A stretch of DNA of 64,000 bases from the human T2T-CHM13v2.0 reference genome, Homo sapiens (GCF_009914755.1 NC_060936.1), one strand, 5' to 3'; shown: positions 12,518-26,192, numbered from the stretch's first letter. The notes: generated by a model from the letters alone, not told the origin. Numbers and translations: made by a program.

Positions 12518-12938
12518 TGTCTTAGTCGGTTTGTGTTGCTATAAAGAAATACCTGAGGCTGGGTAATTTATGAAGAAAATAGATTTATTTGGCTCACAGT
12601 TCTGCGAGTGTACAAGAAGCATGGCACCAGCATCTGCTTCTGGTGAGGGCTTCAGGCTGCTTCCATTCATGGTGGAAGGGAGCCAGCATGTGCAGATCAC
12701 ATGATGAGGGAGGAAGCAAGAGAGAAAGGGAAGGTGCCAGGCTGTTTGTAACAACCAGCTTTTGGAGAAACTCTCAAGGGAATTAGCAGAGTGAGAACTC
12801 ATTACTGGGAGGACAGCGCTAAGCTATTCATGAGGGATCTGCCCCCATAACTCAAGCACCTCCCATCAGGCCAACTTCTAACATTGAGGACCAAATTTTA
12901 ATATGAGGTTTGGGTGGTCAAATATCCAAACTATGGCA
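12518..12938 (-). mobile_element. MST (MSTB-like) MaLR solo LTR
   Basis: tgtcttagtc...gctataaagaaatacctgaggctgggtaattt...atccaaactatggca; perfect 5-bp TSD CCACA (12513-12517 and 12939-12943). Confidence 0.92.
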
Positions 12939-12994
12939 CCACAGTTACCTTTGCTTCTTCCAACCATCTTTAGTAAAACACATTTTTATATTCC

Positions 12995-13750
12995 TACTGA
13001 TTCATTCACTTATTCAACAAATGTTTATTGAGTGCTTACTATGTGTTGGTCCCATTCAAGGGGCTGGAGATGCACCAGGGAATGTAACAGACAAAATCTC
13101 TGTGTTTGGGGCACTCATATGCTTGAGGGTGGCGGGAGACAGATAATAGACAGACGAATTAGCTACTATATTAGAAAATGACAAACGTTACAGAAAAAAA
13201 TGATCAGAGTAAGGGCGATTGGCAGTGTGTGTTGCAGTTTTAAATAAGGTTGTCAGGAGGTGAGGGAATGAGCCATGTGGCTACCTGGGGGAAGAGCAAT
13301 CCAGTCAGAGGGAACAGCCAGTGCAAAGCAGATGGCCAAAGCATGCTGGGTATGTCCAAGGAGCAGCAAGGAAATTAGTGTGATCAGAACAGAGTAAGCA
13401 AGCAGAGGGTGGTGAGAGAGATTATCACAGAGGTAGCAGGGGCTAAACAGGTAGGGCTGTTGCAAAAAAACTTTTGCTATTCCTCTGAGTGATATGCAGA
13501 ATCACTGGAGGGTTTCAAGAAGAGGTGTGACTTAACTTGAGTTATATTTCAAAAGGAACACATAATAAAACAACGTTGTTGTATTGAGAATAGGCTATAG
13601 AAGGGCAAGGATGGAATCAGGAATACCAGTGGGGAGGCTACTGCAAGAACCCAGGTAAGAGATGATGGGGGGTTGGACCATATGGAGTTGGTGAAAAGTG
13701 ACCAGATTCCAAATACGGAGATGAAGAGTTTCCAACAAGCATGAGTTTGA
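12995..13750 (-). mobile_element. L2 (L2a-like) 3' region
   Basis: ttcattcacttattcaacaaatgtttattgagtgcttactatgtg L2 terminus followed by antisense L2 body. Confidence 0.85.
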
Positions 13751-14394
13751 GATTTGTCTTCTCCACTTTTCACAGCTGTCCAGGCCATGGGGGCTTGTGT
13801 AACTGAGATCCTTTGGCACCAAAGGCAGCTACTAAGACCCTTGGCTCCTTCACTGGGCTGCATATATCAAACATGTTGCACCCAGGAGTTATTGCTGGCA
13901 ACATCTTTAGTCTCTCTGGCAGTGAGATCAGTGGAAGCTTTTATCTTAATTAAGTTACATGGGGCACCATCATCCATCCATCTTCTCCAATTAACTTGGG
14001 GGAGAATATGAGGATGATGGTGGTAGAGAAGACAGCCCCAAGCTGATAAACATGGATCAAAACAGACTGATTGGAGTCTCTGAGGACTCATCAGAAAGGA
14101 GGATAGAGGAAAAGAGGATTTGTCAAAGATGTTTTGGTGGAGAAAAGAGTTCAGAAGGCTGTCTTCTGGTGGAGGATTGATTTAGGAATCACTCCAGTGG
14201 ACTGAGCTGTGCTTCCTAAGCTTGCCTTAATGAGAAAACACCATCTGCGCTCCCCAGACTTGTGGTCAGAATGCCAGGACCCTGGAATCTACTGATGTCT
14301 GCAGCTGGGGTGGCTTGCATGGGCTGCCACAGCTGGAGGTGATGTGATGGCGTATCATTCTGGATATACATTAAACTCATCAGTAGAGAGCTAG

Positions 14395-14566
14395 AAGGAT
14401 GAAGGAAGAAAGGGGAGAAGGAAGGAGGGAGGAAAGGAGGGATGGAAAAAAGGTGGGAGGGAGGAAAGGCAGGAAAGAGGGAAGGAGGGATGGGGTAGGG
14501 AGGGAAGGAAAGAAGGAAGGAGAAAGTGAGGGAGAAAGGAGGGAAGGAAGGAAAGAAGAAGGGAGA
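14395..14566. repeat. GA-rich (GGAA/GGGA) low-complexity tract
   Basis: Nearly pure purine run. Confidence 0.9.
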
Positions 14567-14570
14567 CAGG

Positions 14571-14835
14571 GGTTGGGCGCAGTGGCTCATGTTTGTAATC
14601 TCAGCACTTTGGGGGGCCGAGGTGGGTGGATCACTTTAGCTCTGGAGCTCGAGACCAGCCTGGCCAACATGGCAAAACCCTGTCTCTGCTAAAAATACAA
14701 AAATTAGCCAGGTGTGATGGTGCACACCTGTAATCCCAGCAACTCGGGAGGCTGAGGCGGGAAGATCGCTTGAACCCAGGATGTTGAGGCTGTAGTGAGC
14801 CGAGACTGTATGTCTCAAGAAACAAAACAAAAAAA
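14571..14835 (+). mobile_element. Alu (J/S-type) with deletion near 3' end
   Basis: Alu left arm and linker intact; right arm jumps gccgagactgtatgtctc. Confidence 0.9.
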
Positions 14836-14940
14836 GAAGAAAGGAAGGAGGGAAGGAAGGAAGAAATTCAGAGTCCTATATGAGATTGCAATCTGTTGGG
14901 CAGCCAGGGATAAAACTCCCTGGAAGAAGGGCAGTGGGTT

Positions 14941-15337
<397 letters not shown>

Positions 15338-15348
15338 TCTTCCTTTGA

Positions 15349-15668
<320 letters not shown>

Positions 15669-15684
15669 CTACATTCAAATTTTG

Positions 15685-16005
15685 ATAGATATTTATTGAG
15701 CACCTATCACCCCTCAACACACTCAAGGTCCTGTGATACACCCTGGCAATTCAAGGAGTGAAGCTGACAAAAATTCCTGCCTTCTTAAAGCTTATGTTCT
15801 AGTGGGTGGAGATATTTAAGAATTGGGGGGCAGGGGATGGGCAGGGAAGGTACATTGTCTATTAGAGGTGAAAAGTTCTTTGGAGAAAAAATAGAGCAGA
15901 AAAGAGGAACAAGGAGGGCAAATTTTGATGCATCTGTAAATGGGATTGTCAGCTTAGGCATCACTGAGATGGTGGCTTCTGAACAAACATTTGAGAGGAC
16001 ATGAG
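15685..16005 (-). mobile_element. L2 fragment
   Basis: atatttattgagcacct...aaagcttatgttctagtggg...ggcatcactgagatggtggcttctga. Confidence 0.65.
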
Positions 16006-16364
16006 CTATTCGGGTTTGCCTGTATTTTCACACCAACCAGTGGTATCGTTCACACTTCCCACCAAATCCCTATTCTTTCCCACACCAGTGCTTTTGCTTA
16101 TGATATATCCTCTTCCTGGTTGCTCTTCTCCCCAGTTGCGATCACTACTGTGTTCAAAGCTGACCCCTTCTTTTAAAAAAAACCTTGTATATTAACAAAT
16201 ATCACCTCCCTTAGATTGTCCTTTGACAGGAAGCGATATTAACCCTCACAGCACAATATAGGCATCACTCCCTAGCTCTTTGTATTTTTGACTGTGTTTC
16301 TGCATTGTTCAAGTCCTGAGGTTGTCTCCTCTATTTGGAAATTCCTAAAAGGTAGAAACTCTGC

Positions 16365-16615
16365 CTCGATGGTTAAGATCGCGGTGTCTGGAGTCAGACA
16401 GACCTGCATCCAAATCCCAGTTTCTCTACTTGATAGCTGTGAGGTCTTGGACAAGTCACTTTACTTTGGTGAACTTCGGTTTTCTTATCTGTAATGAAGA
16501 GGTCATAATATCACCTGCCTTATGGGGTTGTGGTGATAATTAAACATTAATGAATGCAAGACATTTAGCAAGGTTCCTAGGACATGGTTAGCATTCAGAA
16601 AGTTACAGCTGGCAT
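16365..16615 (+). mobile_element. MIR SINE
   Basis: ggttaaga..tctggagtcagacagacctg...ttttcttatctgtaatga..ggggttgtgg. Confidence 0.8.
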
Positions 16616-16721
16616 CATAATTACCTTTCCTCTTATCTGCTATGCCTATCCCAGGTCCTGACATACAGTTCTTACCTTATAAAATATGTGAATGAACACA
16701 TTTCTTGGTAATTCTTTCTCA

Positions 16722-16888
16722 AAGAGTGGTCTATCAACCATAGGTACAAGAGCCAAGCAAGGGAACTTATTAAAATGCATATCCCTGAGCTCTCTAGCCC
16801 ATCCCTCCTGAATTTAGAGGGCAGGAGCTCAAGAATCTGAATTTTAAACAGTGTCAGGGTAATTCTTATATGCACTACATTTTTAGAA
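16722..16888. mobile_element. MER5-type hAT-Charlie element
   Basis: agtggtctatcaacc...gggaacttattaaaatgcat...aagaatctgaattttaaaca...ggtaattcttatatgcac. Confidence 0.65.
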
Positions 16889-17079
16889 TCACTCAGAGTA
16901 AATATAGCGCAGAGATAAAGGACATTGACTCTGTAACTCGACTTTCTGGGCTTTAATTCTGGCTCCACCACAATGAAGCTGTGTAACCTTTGGCAAGGTA
17001 TTTAACTTAACTCTGCCCCAGCTTTCCCCTCTGAGACATGGGGATGATAATAATAGTAGCCATGATGTAGAGTTTTTTT

Positions 17080-17186
17080 GATATATATATATATGTGTAT
17101 ATATATATATATTATAATCTACAGTAGATATCTGTATTTTATATACAGTAGATATATATATATTTAGTAAGTATACACATATACAC
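17080..17186. repeat. (TA)n-rich simple repeat
   Basis: atatatatat runs, with a duplicated tacagtagatat. Confidence 0.8.
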
Positions 17187-18384
17187 ATGATAGCTGATAG
17201 CTGTTCTAAGTTATACATCTGGCATACACAATTAGTCTTAGTTATTATATTCTGTTTGTAAGCAACCTCTGTGAATAGTCAGTTCACATGAATTTGACCA
17301 GGGGGCTTTTGAGATTGCTTCAGAGGTCTCCTTGCTTGACAGCCTTACTCCACTCTGTGTGCACAGCTGTTCTGAAGACATGAACCTTTAGTCAGAGAGA
17401 GAATCAACCCAAAATGAGCCTCAAGCACTTGCCCTGCTGCTGCTACTGCTGGTAGGAAAATAGCATCCTCTCTGCTCTTTAAAGAGCTCCTCTGGCAGAT
17501 GTGCGCACAGCTGTTCCACCTCCTTCCTGCAGGCAGAGAGCAGGCAGATGCTGACAAGAGTTTGAGAAACATTGCCATCACCAACTCACACAAGTATTGC
17601 CTGCAATGGCTTCCCTCCCCTTCTCTTTCTGTGTTTCTTCTCAAGGAGGTCATGGGGTGAGAGACATCTCTTAGTTTGAACTACCTCTAGAGGGAGAACT
17701 TGAGGTGGGAAATCAAGAGGGGAGAATTTCTAGGAATGAAGAAGGAGGTAAAGAGGAGACAATGTGGAAGGGTGGGGGTGGCTAGGATACACAAGGTATG
17801 TCGGTTGAGTCTAATTCTGGTAAGGATGTCTTGCTGTGTGACCTTGGGAAAGTCACATTACCTCTCAGATTCTTATTTCAAGATGACAAGCACAGGGTAG
17901 TAGAGTGAGCAAAAGATTTGGAGCACAATCTAGGTAGGTTGGAATCCTGGCTTTACCTATACCAGCTGTGTGACCTTGGACAAGGTCTCTTCGCTTCTTT
18001 GTACCCTTCATTTTCTCTAGAGAAAGACGGGGTGTGGAAATATTTGTCCTATGTGCTCAACAGGTTTACTGCAAGGATGAAGTGACCCAATGGATGTTCA
18101 AACACATCCAAAAGTATGAAATGCTACAGATGAGTGAGGTTTCATCCATTCCGTCTATGGAAACTTGACTCTCATCCCCCCTGAGCCTCTGGCAATATTG
18201 TGTGGGAGCAAAGAATTGAAGACAAGCTGCCAGGAGAGGGGTTGCCTTGTTATGGGTGCTGCTTGCAGAATAATTAGGTTTCAACATGCAGCTCACTCCA
18301 TTTGCAAACATAGCTCCAGGCATTGGCAGAGGAGAAGGACATGGCTTTCATCCATCACAACAATGCTTTCTTTTAGGAGGAGGT

Positions 18385-18630
18385 TTGGTGCAATGGTTGA
18401 GCACAGGAGGCATAAGATGGACTTATTTCAAATCCCAAGTCTATCACTTATATCTTTGTGACTTTGGGAAAATCACTTCACCTCTCTGAGCCTCAGCTTC
18501 CTTTTCATTAAAATGGGATAATTATAACTACCTCACATCATTATTGAGGATTAAAAGGGATAAAGTGTATATAAAGTATTTTGCCCAATGTGTTGTACTT
18601 AATAGATTTTCAATGAACAAATGCTAGTTT
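18385..18630 (+). mobile_element. MIR SINE
   Basis: gtgactttgggaaaatcacttcacctctctgagcctcag...aaaatgggataat. Confidence 0.8.
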
Positions 18631-19044
18631 TTATTCATTTATTTATTTTTTGAGTTTGAGGGAAGGACAGCCTTCTTAGGGTTGACTAGTGATCTTGCAG
18701 CCACTGAAGCAGATATTTCATCAGCTAGAAATCTGAAGTGTGTTCAAAAGAGCCCCAGACTTGGGATCACCATGGCTGGAAGTTGAGACCCGTTGGTGCT
18801 ATGTGATTTTTAGATGTGTCCCTTCCCTTCTCTAATTTTTAATTTTTAATTTTCATAGCTGTAAAATGGGAGTAAACAGCCTTAATCTGTCTCAGAGGAT
18901 TGTTATGAGGCTCAGATGTACAAATTCATGAGAAAATGCCTTGTAAATTTGAAAGTGCCATATAACCGAAAAGAGGGTGCTATTGTGTGTGACAGCTACA
19001 TACCATCTTGCCACCATAGACTTTCTATTCTTTACCATTCTAAA

Positions 19045-19210
19045 GCTTACCGTGAGCCAGGCAGACTAGGCCAGATGGAATTTGGCCTCTGAAATCCTGA
19101 AGCCTGAAATTCCTCTGTTTCTGGAGCCTGGATCTCCGGAAGTGGAGGACTGCCCTAGCCACAAAGCTCCACCCTCCTCTGATGACATCACACAGAGTAG
19201 AACCAATCAC
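19045..19210 (-). promoter_or_regulatory. Candidate non-CpG promoter plus short first exon
   Basis: AACCAATCA (19201-19209), TGACATCA (19183-19190), CCACCC box (~19169), CCGGAAGT (19136-19143), then minus-strand donor ACG|GTAAGC at 19051/19050, in non-repeat sequence. Confidence 0.45.
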
Positions 19211-19334
19211 TGCAATTTTCTTAAAGTTCCTCCCACTGGCAAATTTATTAATACCCAAATAGCTGAGCCAAGACAGTCCAACTCCTTGAGGACATATTAC
19301 AAACTGCCACCCACTCTCTGTCCCACCTCCTCAT

Positions 19335-20135
19335 ACTCAGGGCCCTATGAGGAAACAGAAAAATGGGAGTTTAGAGAAAATTTAATGAAGGTACTACTCA
19401 CAGAGGAGCAGGCAAGGTTGGGAGAACCAATGAGAGATGTTGAGGCACCAAGAGACTAGCAATAGTTGGGAAATGTTACCACCCCTAGGCTTAAATATGC
19501 AGAGAGGAGTGGGCCTACCAGAACTTGGTGATAGGTAGAACCAGGGAGGGAACCAGCAGGAGCTGTAGTCGAGAAGGACTTAGCCACAGCTGTCTGGGAG
19601 CAGTGGCTCATGCCTGTAATCCCAGCACTTTGGGAGCTGAGACAGGCGGATCACTTGAGGTCAGGAGTTTGAGACCAGCCTGGCCAACACGGTGAAACCC
19701 CGTCTCTACTAAAAATACAAAAATTAGGTGGGCATGGTGATCCACACCTGTAGCCCCAGCTACTTGGGAGGCTGAGGCAGGAGAATCTCGAACTTGGGAG
19801 GAAGAGGTTGCAGTGAGCCAAGATCACACCACTGCACTCCAGCCTGGGTGACAGAGCAAGACTCTGTTTAAAAAAAAAAAAAAAAAGAAGGACTTCACCA
19901 CAGGTGGAGTTGCAGCACTGAGGCTGGGGGAGTGGTGGTAGGGTTGGAGGGAGAAATACTTAGAACTTCCTTCTAGCTTTTTAATCTTTTCTGGTGACAT
20001 CCTGTTGGTCAAATCCACAGAGAAGCCACAGGAAAAGTGAGCCTGTTGATACCATCCATACAGGCCAGCATGCTAGGACCTGGGGCAGTGCAGAGCATGG
20101 CAGAGAGTGGATCTGGTTGGGGGAGTGTCACAAAC
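19335..20135 (-). mobile_element. Old ERVL-class LTR (LTR67B-like) split by an Alu
   Basis: Shares motifs with 42111-42605 (aggaaacaga, gggagaaata..cttcc, cagagcatggcagagag). Confidence 0.5.
19592..19886 (+). mobile_element. AluS (Sz/Sx-like)
   Basis: Full Alu, poly-A, TSD gaaggacttagccacag / gaaggacttcaccacag. Confidence 0.95.
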
Positions 20136-20484
20136 AGAGAATAACCAGTCCAATCCCAAATGCTCCTCTTTACTTGCTCTGTTGGGCCCCCAGACCCTGC
20201 GTGAAAAGTATGTTCTCCACTTTTCTGGAGCCGTTTTCAGAGCAGCATTGTCTCCCTCAGGGACTCTTAAGAGAGCTGACACAAGAAAATTAAAGTTTTG
20301 AGAGAGGCCAGGATGTTAAAAGCAAAATGCAGGGAGAGTTGGAGTCTGAATGCTTCAGTCATAGGCTGGGCAGTGAGCTCCAGGAAGGCAAGGAGGTCAA
20401 TAAACACAGTGCCCCACTCTTTCCAGGACTGCTCTTGCTTTCTTCTTTCCTTGCTGCTTGAGGGGCATTTAATATTCTTGGCTA

Positions 20485-20710
20485 CAGCATAGTGATTAAG
20501 AGCACGGCTTTGGAGTCAGACAGACCTGGCTCTTCCACGCCTGACTGTGTAAACTTGGACATGTTTGTTAACCTCTCTGAACATTGGGTCTCTCATCCAT
20601 AAAATAGGAATAAAGCTACTTCTATTCATAGAGTTGTTGCCAGGGTTGAAGGAGATGCTTAAAACAAAGGATTTGGCCACCTAGTAGACTGTCGGGAAGT
20701 GATAGTTGAA
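20485..20710 (+). mobile_element. MIR SINE
   Basis: cagcatagtgattaagagcacggctttggagtcagacagacctgg. Confidence 0.85.
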
Positions 20711-21252
20711 CTATTACACAGTTACTAGTGCATGACCTTCCCTGGTGGACTTACATGGCTGGGGTGCAGCCCCCTCTCAGCCCCCATCTCAGCTTCCTTG
20801 CCTCTATCAGATGCATGCTGCTGGCCCTGTGCCCCCAAGAAAGGCTGCTTGTCTGGCTCAGTCTGCAGAGCTCTGGGCAGGGAGGCTGGGAGAATGCAAA
20901 TGTGCTCTTATCTGAGCAGCTGCAGCTGCTCCCTTCCTAGAGTCCATCCCCAGGAACAAGGGCAGGCTCTGAGCCCCCCAGGATGCCTCAGGCTTCTTCT
21001 GGCCCTGCTGAATCTATAATACCAACAATAATATCCAGTAATACCTCAGGCTTTTCCATTTGCAAAGTGCTTTGATTTTCATCCTCCTATTGTACCCTCC
21101 CACTGGTCTTGAATTTTTATCACCTACCATATTCTACAGAAGAGGAAAACCAAGGTCAGAATGGTCAAGAGACTTGCCCAGGGTCACATGGCTAATTGTT
21201 GATGGAATGAGGATTAGAATCCATGCAGTCTAACACCAGAATTAAAGTTCAT

Positions 21253-21640
21253 TGTATTAGAGAGGGGGCTTCTGGCTGCAAGTAATAGAAAACCATGATT
21301 CAATATATTTAAGAAAGACTTTCATAAAGTTCATAACAGGTAGTCTGGAGGTCATTTGGTTCTGTGGTTAGTCAACATTTCAATGATGTCATCTGACTTG
21401 GATTCCTTCCATCTCTGAGTTCATGGGAATTACCCTCAGGTCAGCTCCTCTCAAGGTTACAAAGTGGCTGCTGTGGTTCCAGGTGTCATATGCAGATACA
21501 ACATCCAGGGAAGATGAGAAGCCTGCTCTTAATTATGTTGCTTTAAGTGCAAGGAAACACTTCCCAGAAGTCACTGGTCAGAAGCTAGGTCCCATGTCTT
21601 TTTCCCAGACCAGTCTCTGGCAAAGGAGTGGAACTTCCTT
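21253..21640 (-). mobile_element. MLT1 (MLT1K-like) LTR
   Basis: tgtattag..tctggctgcaagtaatagaaaacc..tcaatgatgtcatc..cacttcccagaag. Confidence 0.6.
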
Positions 21641-21899
21641 AGACTATTAGACTTTACATCTGAGACGAGAGAGAGGGGGAAATGAGCCTGATGGGCAATG
21701 AATTGTCCTCTGCCTCCATGTTTATAACTACTATACTGTTAATTCTGGGCCTGTGACTCATCCTCTATTTGTGTCTATTATTAGTTGCAAAGTAGACTTC
21801 ATGATATATAAGATAAATCTGGAGTCAGAATGCTGGAACTGTGGTCTTAGATGTCATTGCTTGGAGTTTAACTGGGACAAGAAACTTTCCTTCTCTAGA

Positions 21900-22130
21900 G
21901 GGTGTGAAATGTAGTGGGTATGCACTCTACCTCTGGAGTCAGAAAGTGCTGGTTCCCAATTCCAGCTGTGTGGCCATGAGCAAGTCTTCTCAACGTTCAT
22001 TCTTCTTCAGTAAAGGGGGCCTAATAATGGCCCATGTCTCTAGACTAGTGAGGATTATAAAGAAAACAATGCAGAAGCACCTAGCATAGTGCCTAGTGCT
22101 TAGTGGGTACGTAATAAAGACTGGCCAGTA
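21900..22130 (+). mobile_element. MIR SINE
   Basis: ctctggagtcaga..cagctgtgtggccatgagcaag..cacctagcatagtgcctag. Confidence 0.75.
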
Positions 22131-22904
22131 TTACTCTAGGCGATAAGTTTCCTTATTTTGAGAATTAGGGACTTCGTAAAATATCCCTTTGAGTCCACAT
22201 GGTCTATGAATCCTGTTTGGTCTCAGGGATCCTGGCTTTGCATTCAGCCCTGTGGTCAGCTCACTGCTCCTCTGGAAGAGACGGAACTGTTGATATCCCT
22301 TTGTCTCCAGGGAGAACCTTCCCAGGCAGCCATGATGTTCAGCTCCATCTCTCTGTTAAGCTATCCCACAGTCAACGTGCCATGCAAAAAGTCCACCTGA
22401 CATTTCCTTCCAGGTGGTCAGTGCTATCCAGTGTGGAGGGACCTAGAGACCATAGCCTTCCTCAGAGATCACCAGGTGTCTGGTGGCATTTTCTTTCCCC
22501 TAAAGGGGTGGGGACAGCAAGTGACACCCGCGCATCCACTGAGCCTCCCTGGTAAGTGGCTCATACAGCTGTTGTCCTGGAGCTGTTACAACAGTGGCAG
22601 ACTGGGAAGAGTCTGTCATCAGGAGAAGCTTCCAGCATCATGGATCTAGGCTGGAAGTGCCCATGGCATGTCAGCTCAGATGTGATGGACCATGCAGTCA
22701 GGAGGCAGAGGTCCAGGCCATAGCCCAACTCTGCCCTTTGGCCTGGGTGATCCTAGGTAAAGCACTTTGTCTCAGAGAACCTCAGTTTCCTCACCTGGAA
22801 CAGTAGTCAAAAATGTAGATTTTAGATACTGTCTGGGTTTAAATCCCAGCCTCATCACTGGTGCGTGACAATTGGCCTTAGAGTTAACCAATCTGGGCCA
22901 CATT

Positions 22905-23058
22905 GTTAAAACACGGGTCCAAATCCAGGATAGTCTCCCCATCTCCCAGTCCTTAATCACATCTACAAAGTCCTTTTGCCAGACAAGGTGACATGTTCAG
23001 AGATTCTGGGGATTGGGATGTGGACATCTTTGAGGGGTCATTATTCTGTCTATCACAA
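22905..23058 (-). mobile_element. MLT1C/D LTR 5' fragment
   Basis: taatcacatctacaaagtccttttgcc..gattctggggattgggatgtggacatctttg..cattattctgtctatcaca. Confidence 0.75.
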
Positions 23059-23265
23059 TTCTATATGATCCCATTTATATAAAGTTCAAGACAGGCTAAA
23101 TCAATCTAATCAGGAGAGTTATTAGGCCTTGGGGGGAATGTGTGGGGACCCCTGATGTGAGTACTGGTTATACAGGTATATTTGCCTTGCAAAAAGTCAC
23201 CAACCTGTAAATTTATGACGTGCACTTTTCTGAGTAACATGTTATAGTTCAATAAAATAATTAAA
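23059..23265 (+). mobile_element. L1ME-type 3' end
   Basis: tatatgatcccatttatataaagttcaagacagg...gtgcacttttctg..atgttatagttcaataaa. Confidence 0.65.
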
Positions 23266-24679
23266 CAGAATAAAGCTGGGACCCAAATGGTACCTACTTG
23301 GTCAGGAGGTGATGGGGGTTAAATGTGGTGTGACATGGTAAACACTTATTATTATAATAAGGAAAAGAGGGTTATATCGACTGTATAGCTTGTTCCTTCA
23401 GCAAACACTTTTCTGGTGAAAAATATTCCACAAAAAATTAAATAGAATTCATCTTCATCATTTACATGCATTTCATCATCAGAAAATTTTTTGAGAAAAA
23501 AATTCTCTTTTCATTAAACTTGTTTTATTTTATGTGAATGTGTTTATTTGGGAACAGAACGAAGCTGATGAGAAACAGCTGAATGAACATGTGGTTTTTA
23601 AAATGTTACATAACGAAAGAGAAGGAAACAGGAACAAAAATTAAATAGGATAATGCATGTGACAGAGAAGCCTAGGTCCCCCAGATACTTAACAACAAAA
23701 ACATCTATAAATGTTGACACTCATGTAGGGAGGAATTAGGGCCACTTATCAAGTACTTGCTATGTGACAAACATAATGACATATTTCATTTTTAAAATCT
23801 TCAACATAACCCTACAAGGGAAGTATTTTATTATGCTGCTTTTATGAGGAAGTACTGGAGGTTTGAAGAAGTGAAATGACTTACCCAAAGTGTTTCAGCT
23901 AAAACCTCGTAGTGCTGGTATTTGAACCTAGGTCTGGGTGACCCCACAACCCCTTATCTGCCCTGCTGGTCTGGTCTCCAGTATTCCAACTCTGTGTATG
24001 CTACACCAGGCCTCCAACCTGGCTTCCGTTGCAAAGTAGAAACATGGTCATTGGAGTGGAAGGTGATCAAGACCCTAAATTCCTCCCTCCCCAGCCCAGG
24101 CAGAGGTAACGGCTGCTGCTCTGATTTATCAAAGCTCAGGGCATTCCTGCTTGTCCAGCTTGCGAATTCTCAGGGTCTTTCGAGAGCCTTTTGTGAGGAT
24201 CATCCATATTCCTATCTGGATTCAGCTGGCTGCTCTCCATCCACGAAAAATTTGATATTTGGCTTCCTGTTTGTGCTTGAAAAACAGGGCTGACTCTGGA
24301 GCTATATTTTATTTAAGCCAATAAATAAAATTTTAGAGGAGTGAGTTTTGGAGGGGTGGAGGTAGGGTGCTGGAAAAGCCTGCAGGGAAGAAACCTCTTC
24401 TGCTTCTACAGCTTTTGGAAAGGAGACAAGAGAGTATGTCCTGTGGTAATCAAGGAAGAAAACAATGAGTATGTATTGAGTCTTTCCCAAGTGCCAGCTA
24501 CTGTTATCTGGAGTGTGGTTTGAGCATCAGGATTTTTTAAAGCAATGAGGAGAAGCCAAGAAGCATACAGAGCCAGCTAAAGGTGCTCAGAGGAAGAAAA
24601 CCTGAGGATCGAGGGTTGTTGGGGCAGAAGGTAAAAACAGTCTGTGAACAGGCAGTCTCTCTGACCCCTCAAAAAAAAA

Positions 24680-24738
24680 TCCACCCGCCTCGGCCTCCCA
24701 AAGTGCTGTGATTATAGGCGTGAGCCACCATGCCCGCC
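24680..24738 (-). mobile_element. Isolated Alu 5'-end fragment
   Basis: tccacccgcctcggcctcccaaagtgctgtgattataggcgtgagccaccatgcccgcc. Confidence 0.9.
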
Positions 24739-25052
24739 CTCAGGCCAAGTAATTTTTATGGAATAAAGTAGGCTTATCGGATTGCTCAAGCTTCGTTACA
24801 CAGATGGGCAGAAGAACTGAAGTGGAACCGAAAAGGTTGCACCTGTCCCCATGTGTTCCTTTGTGCGTGGGAGTATGTAGGCATGAGTGAAGGCAGGTAG
24901 CATGAACACATGAGTGGCATGTGGATGAACGTGTGAGTGGTTGTAGGGACATTGCATGTGTGACTTTATGTGGGAATATCTTAGGTATATGTTTACGTAT
25001 GTTTGTGTGTGTTGATCCATGTGTATACAGACCATGAAAGTATATCTCCAAG

Positions 25053-25343
<291 letters not shown>

Positions 25344-25551
25344 GTAGCGTATCTCTATGTGTCTGTTGAGGATATCTATGGGTGAATTTATGAGATGAAA
25401 CTTGTGCACCTATAGGTACATGGAAACAAAAACATAGGCACGTGAGAAAGTGTCTGAAGTGTTTGTATTTGTACATATGAATTAGCCACTGCCACAATCA
25501 TGCAGTGTAACAAGCCACCCCAATAATGTCTTACAACAACTAGCACCAATC

Positions 25552-25792
25552 CTGGGGTTGGAAAACTTCTTCCAAGCCTGGGCAACTTTTTCCATAAAGG
25601 GTCAGATGACATAATTTTAGGTTTTGTTGACCACGCGGTGTCTATTGCAACTATTCAACTCTACCCTTGTAAAGTGGAAGCAGCCGTAGACAATATATAA
25701 ATGATGGGCATGGCTGTGCTCTATTAAACCGTTATTTACAAAAATAGGAATAGTTTGGATTTGGCCCATAGGCTATAGTTTTCTGATCCCTG
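25552..25792. mobile_element. MER58A hAT-Charlie DNA transposon
   Basis: aaagggtcagat..gcaactattcaactc..gcagccgtagacaata..gggcatggctgtg..ggatttggccc..ctgatcccctg-like end. Confidence 0.85.
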
Positions 25793-26192
25793 GTCTAGTC
25801 TCACCACTCCGGGTTTGTATTTTGTGGTTAATCTAGATTGGGCTCATCTGGGTGGCTCTACCTTGGGCTGTGAGTCCAGCTGGGCTGCTGTACACACTGC
25901 CCATGAAGTTTAGATCTGCTCTGTGTCCATCCTGGGGTCCCGGCTGAAGAGGCATGCTCTATTCCTGGCAGACTATTGGAGACCAAGAGAACAACCCAAA
26001 GCTTACAAACATATTTAAACCCTCCTTAGATAACCATTTGCTAATGTTTCGTTGGCCAAAGCAACTTATGTGATCAAGTCCACCATCAGTAGGTGGGGAA
26101 GTAAAGTAGGGCCATAGTGAGAGGCAATTTTGAATCTTGTGATGATGGGCATGGACATATGATTTTAATGCAAAGAGGGTGTGAATAATATC

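Noticed and set aside
19082-19459. 125-aa plus-strand ORF
   Set aside because: Non-ATG start, runs into an LTR remnant, no recognisable homology; regulatory signals here point the other way
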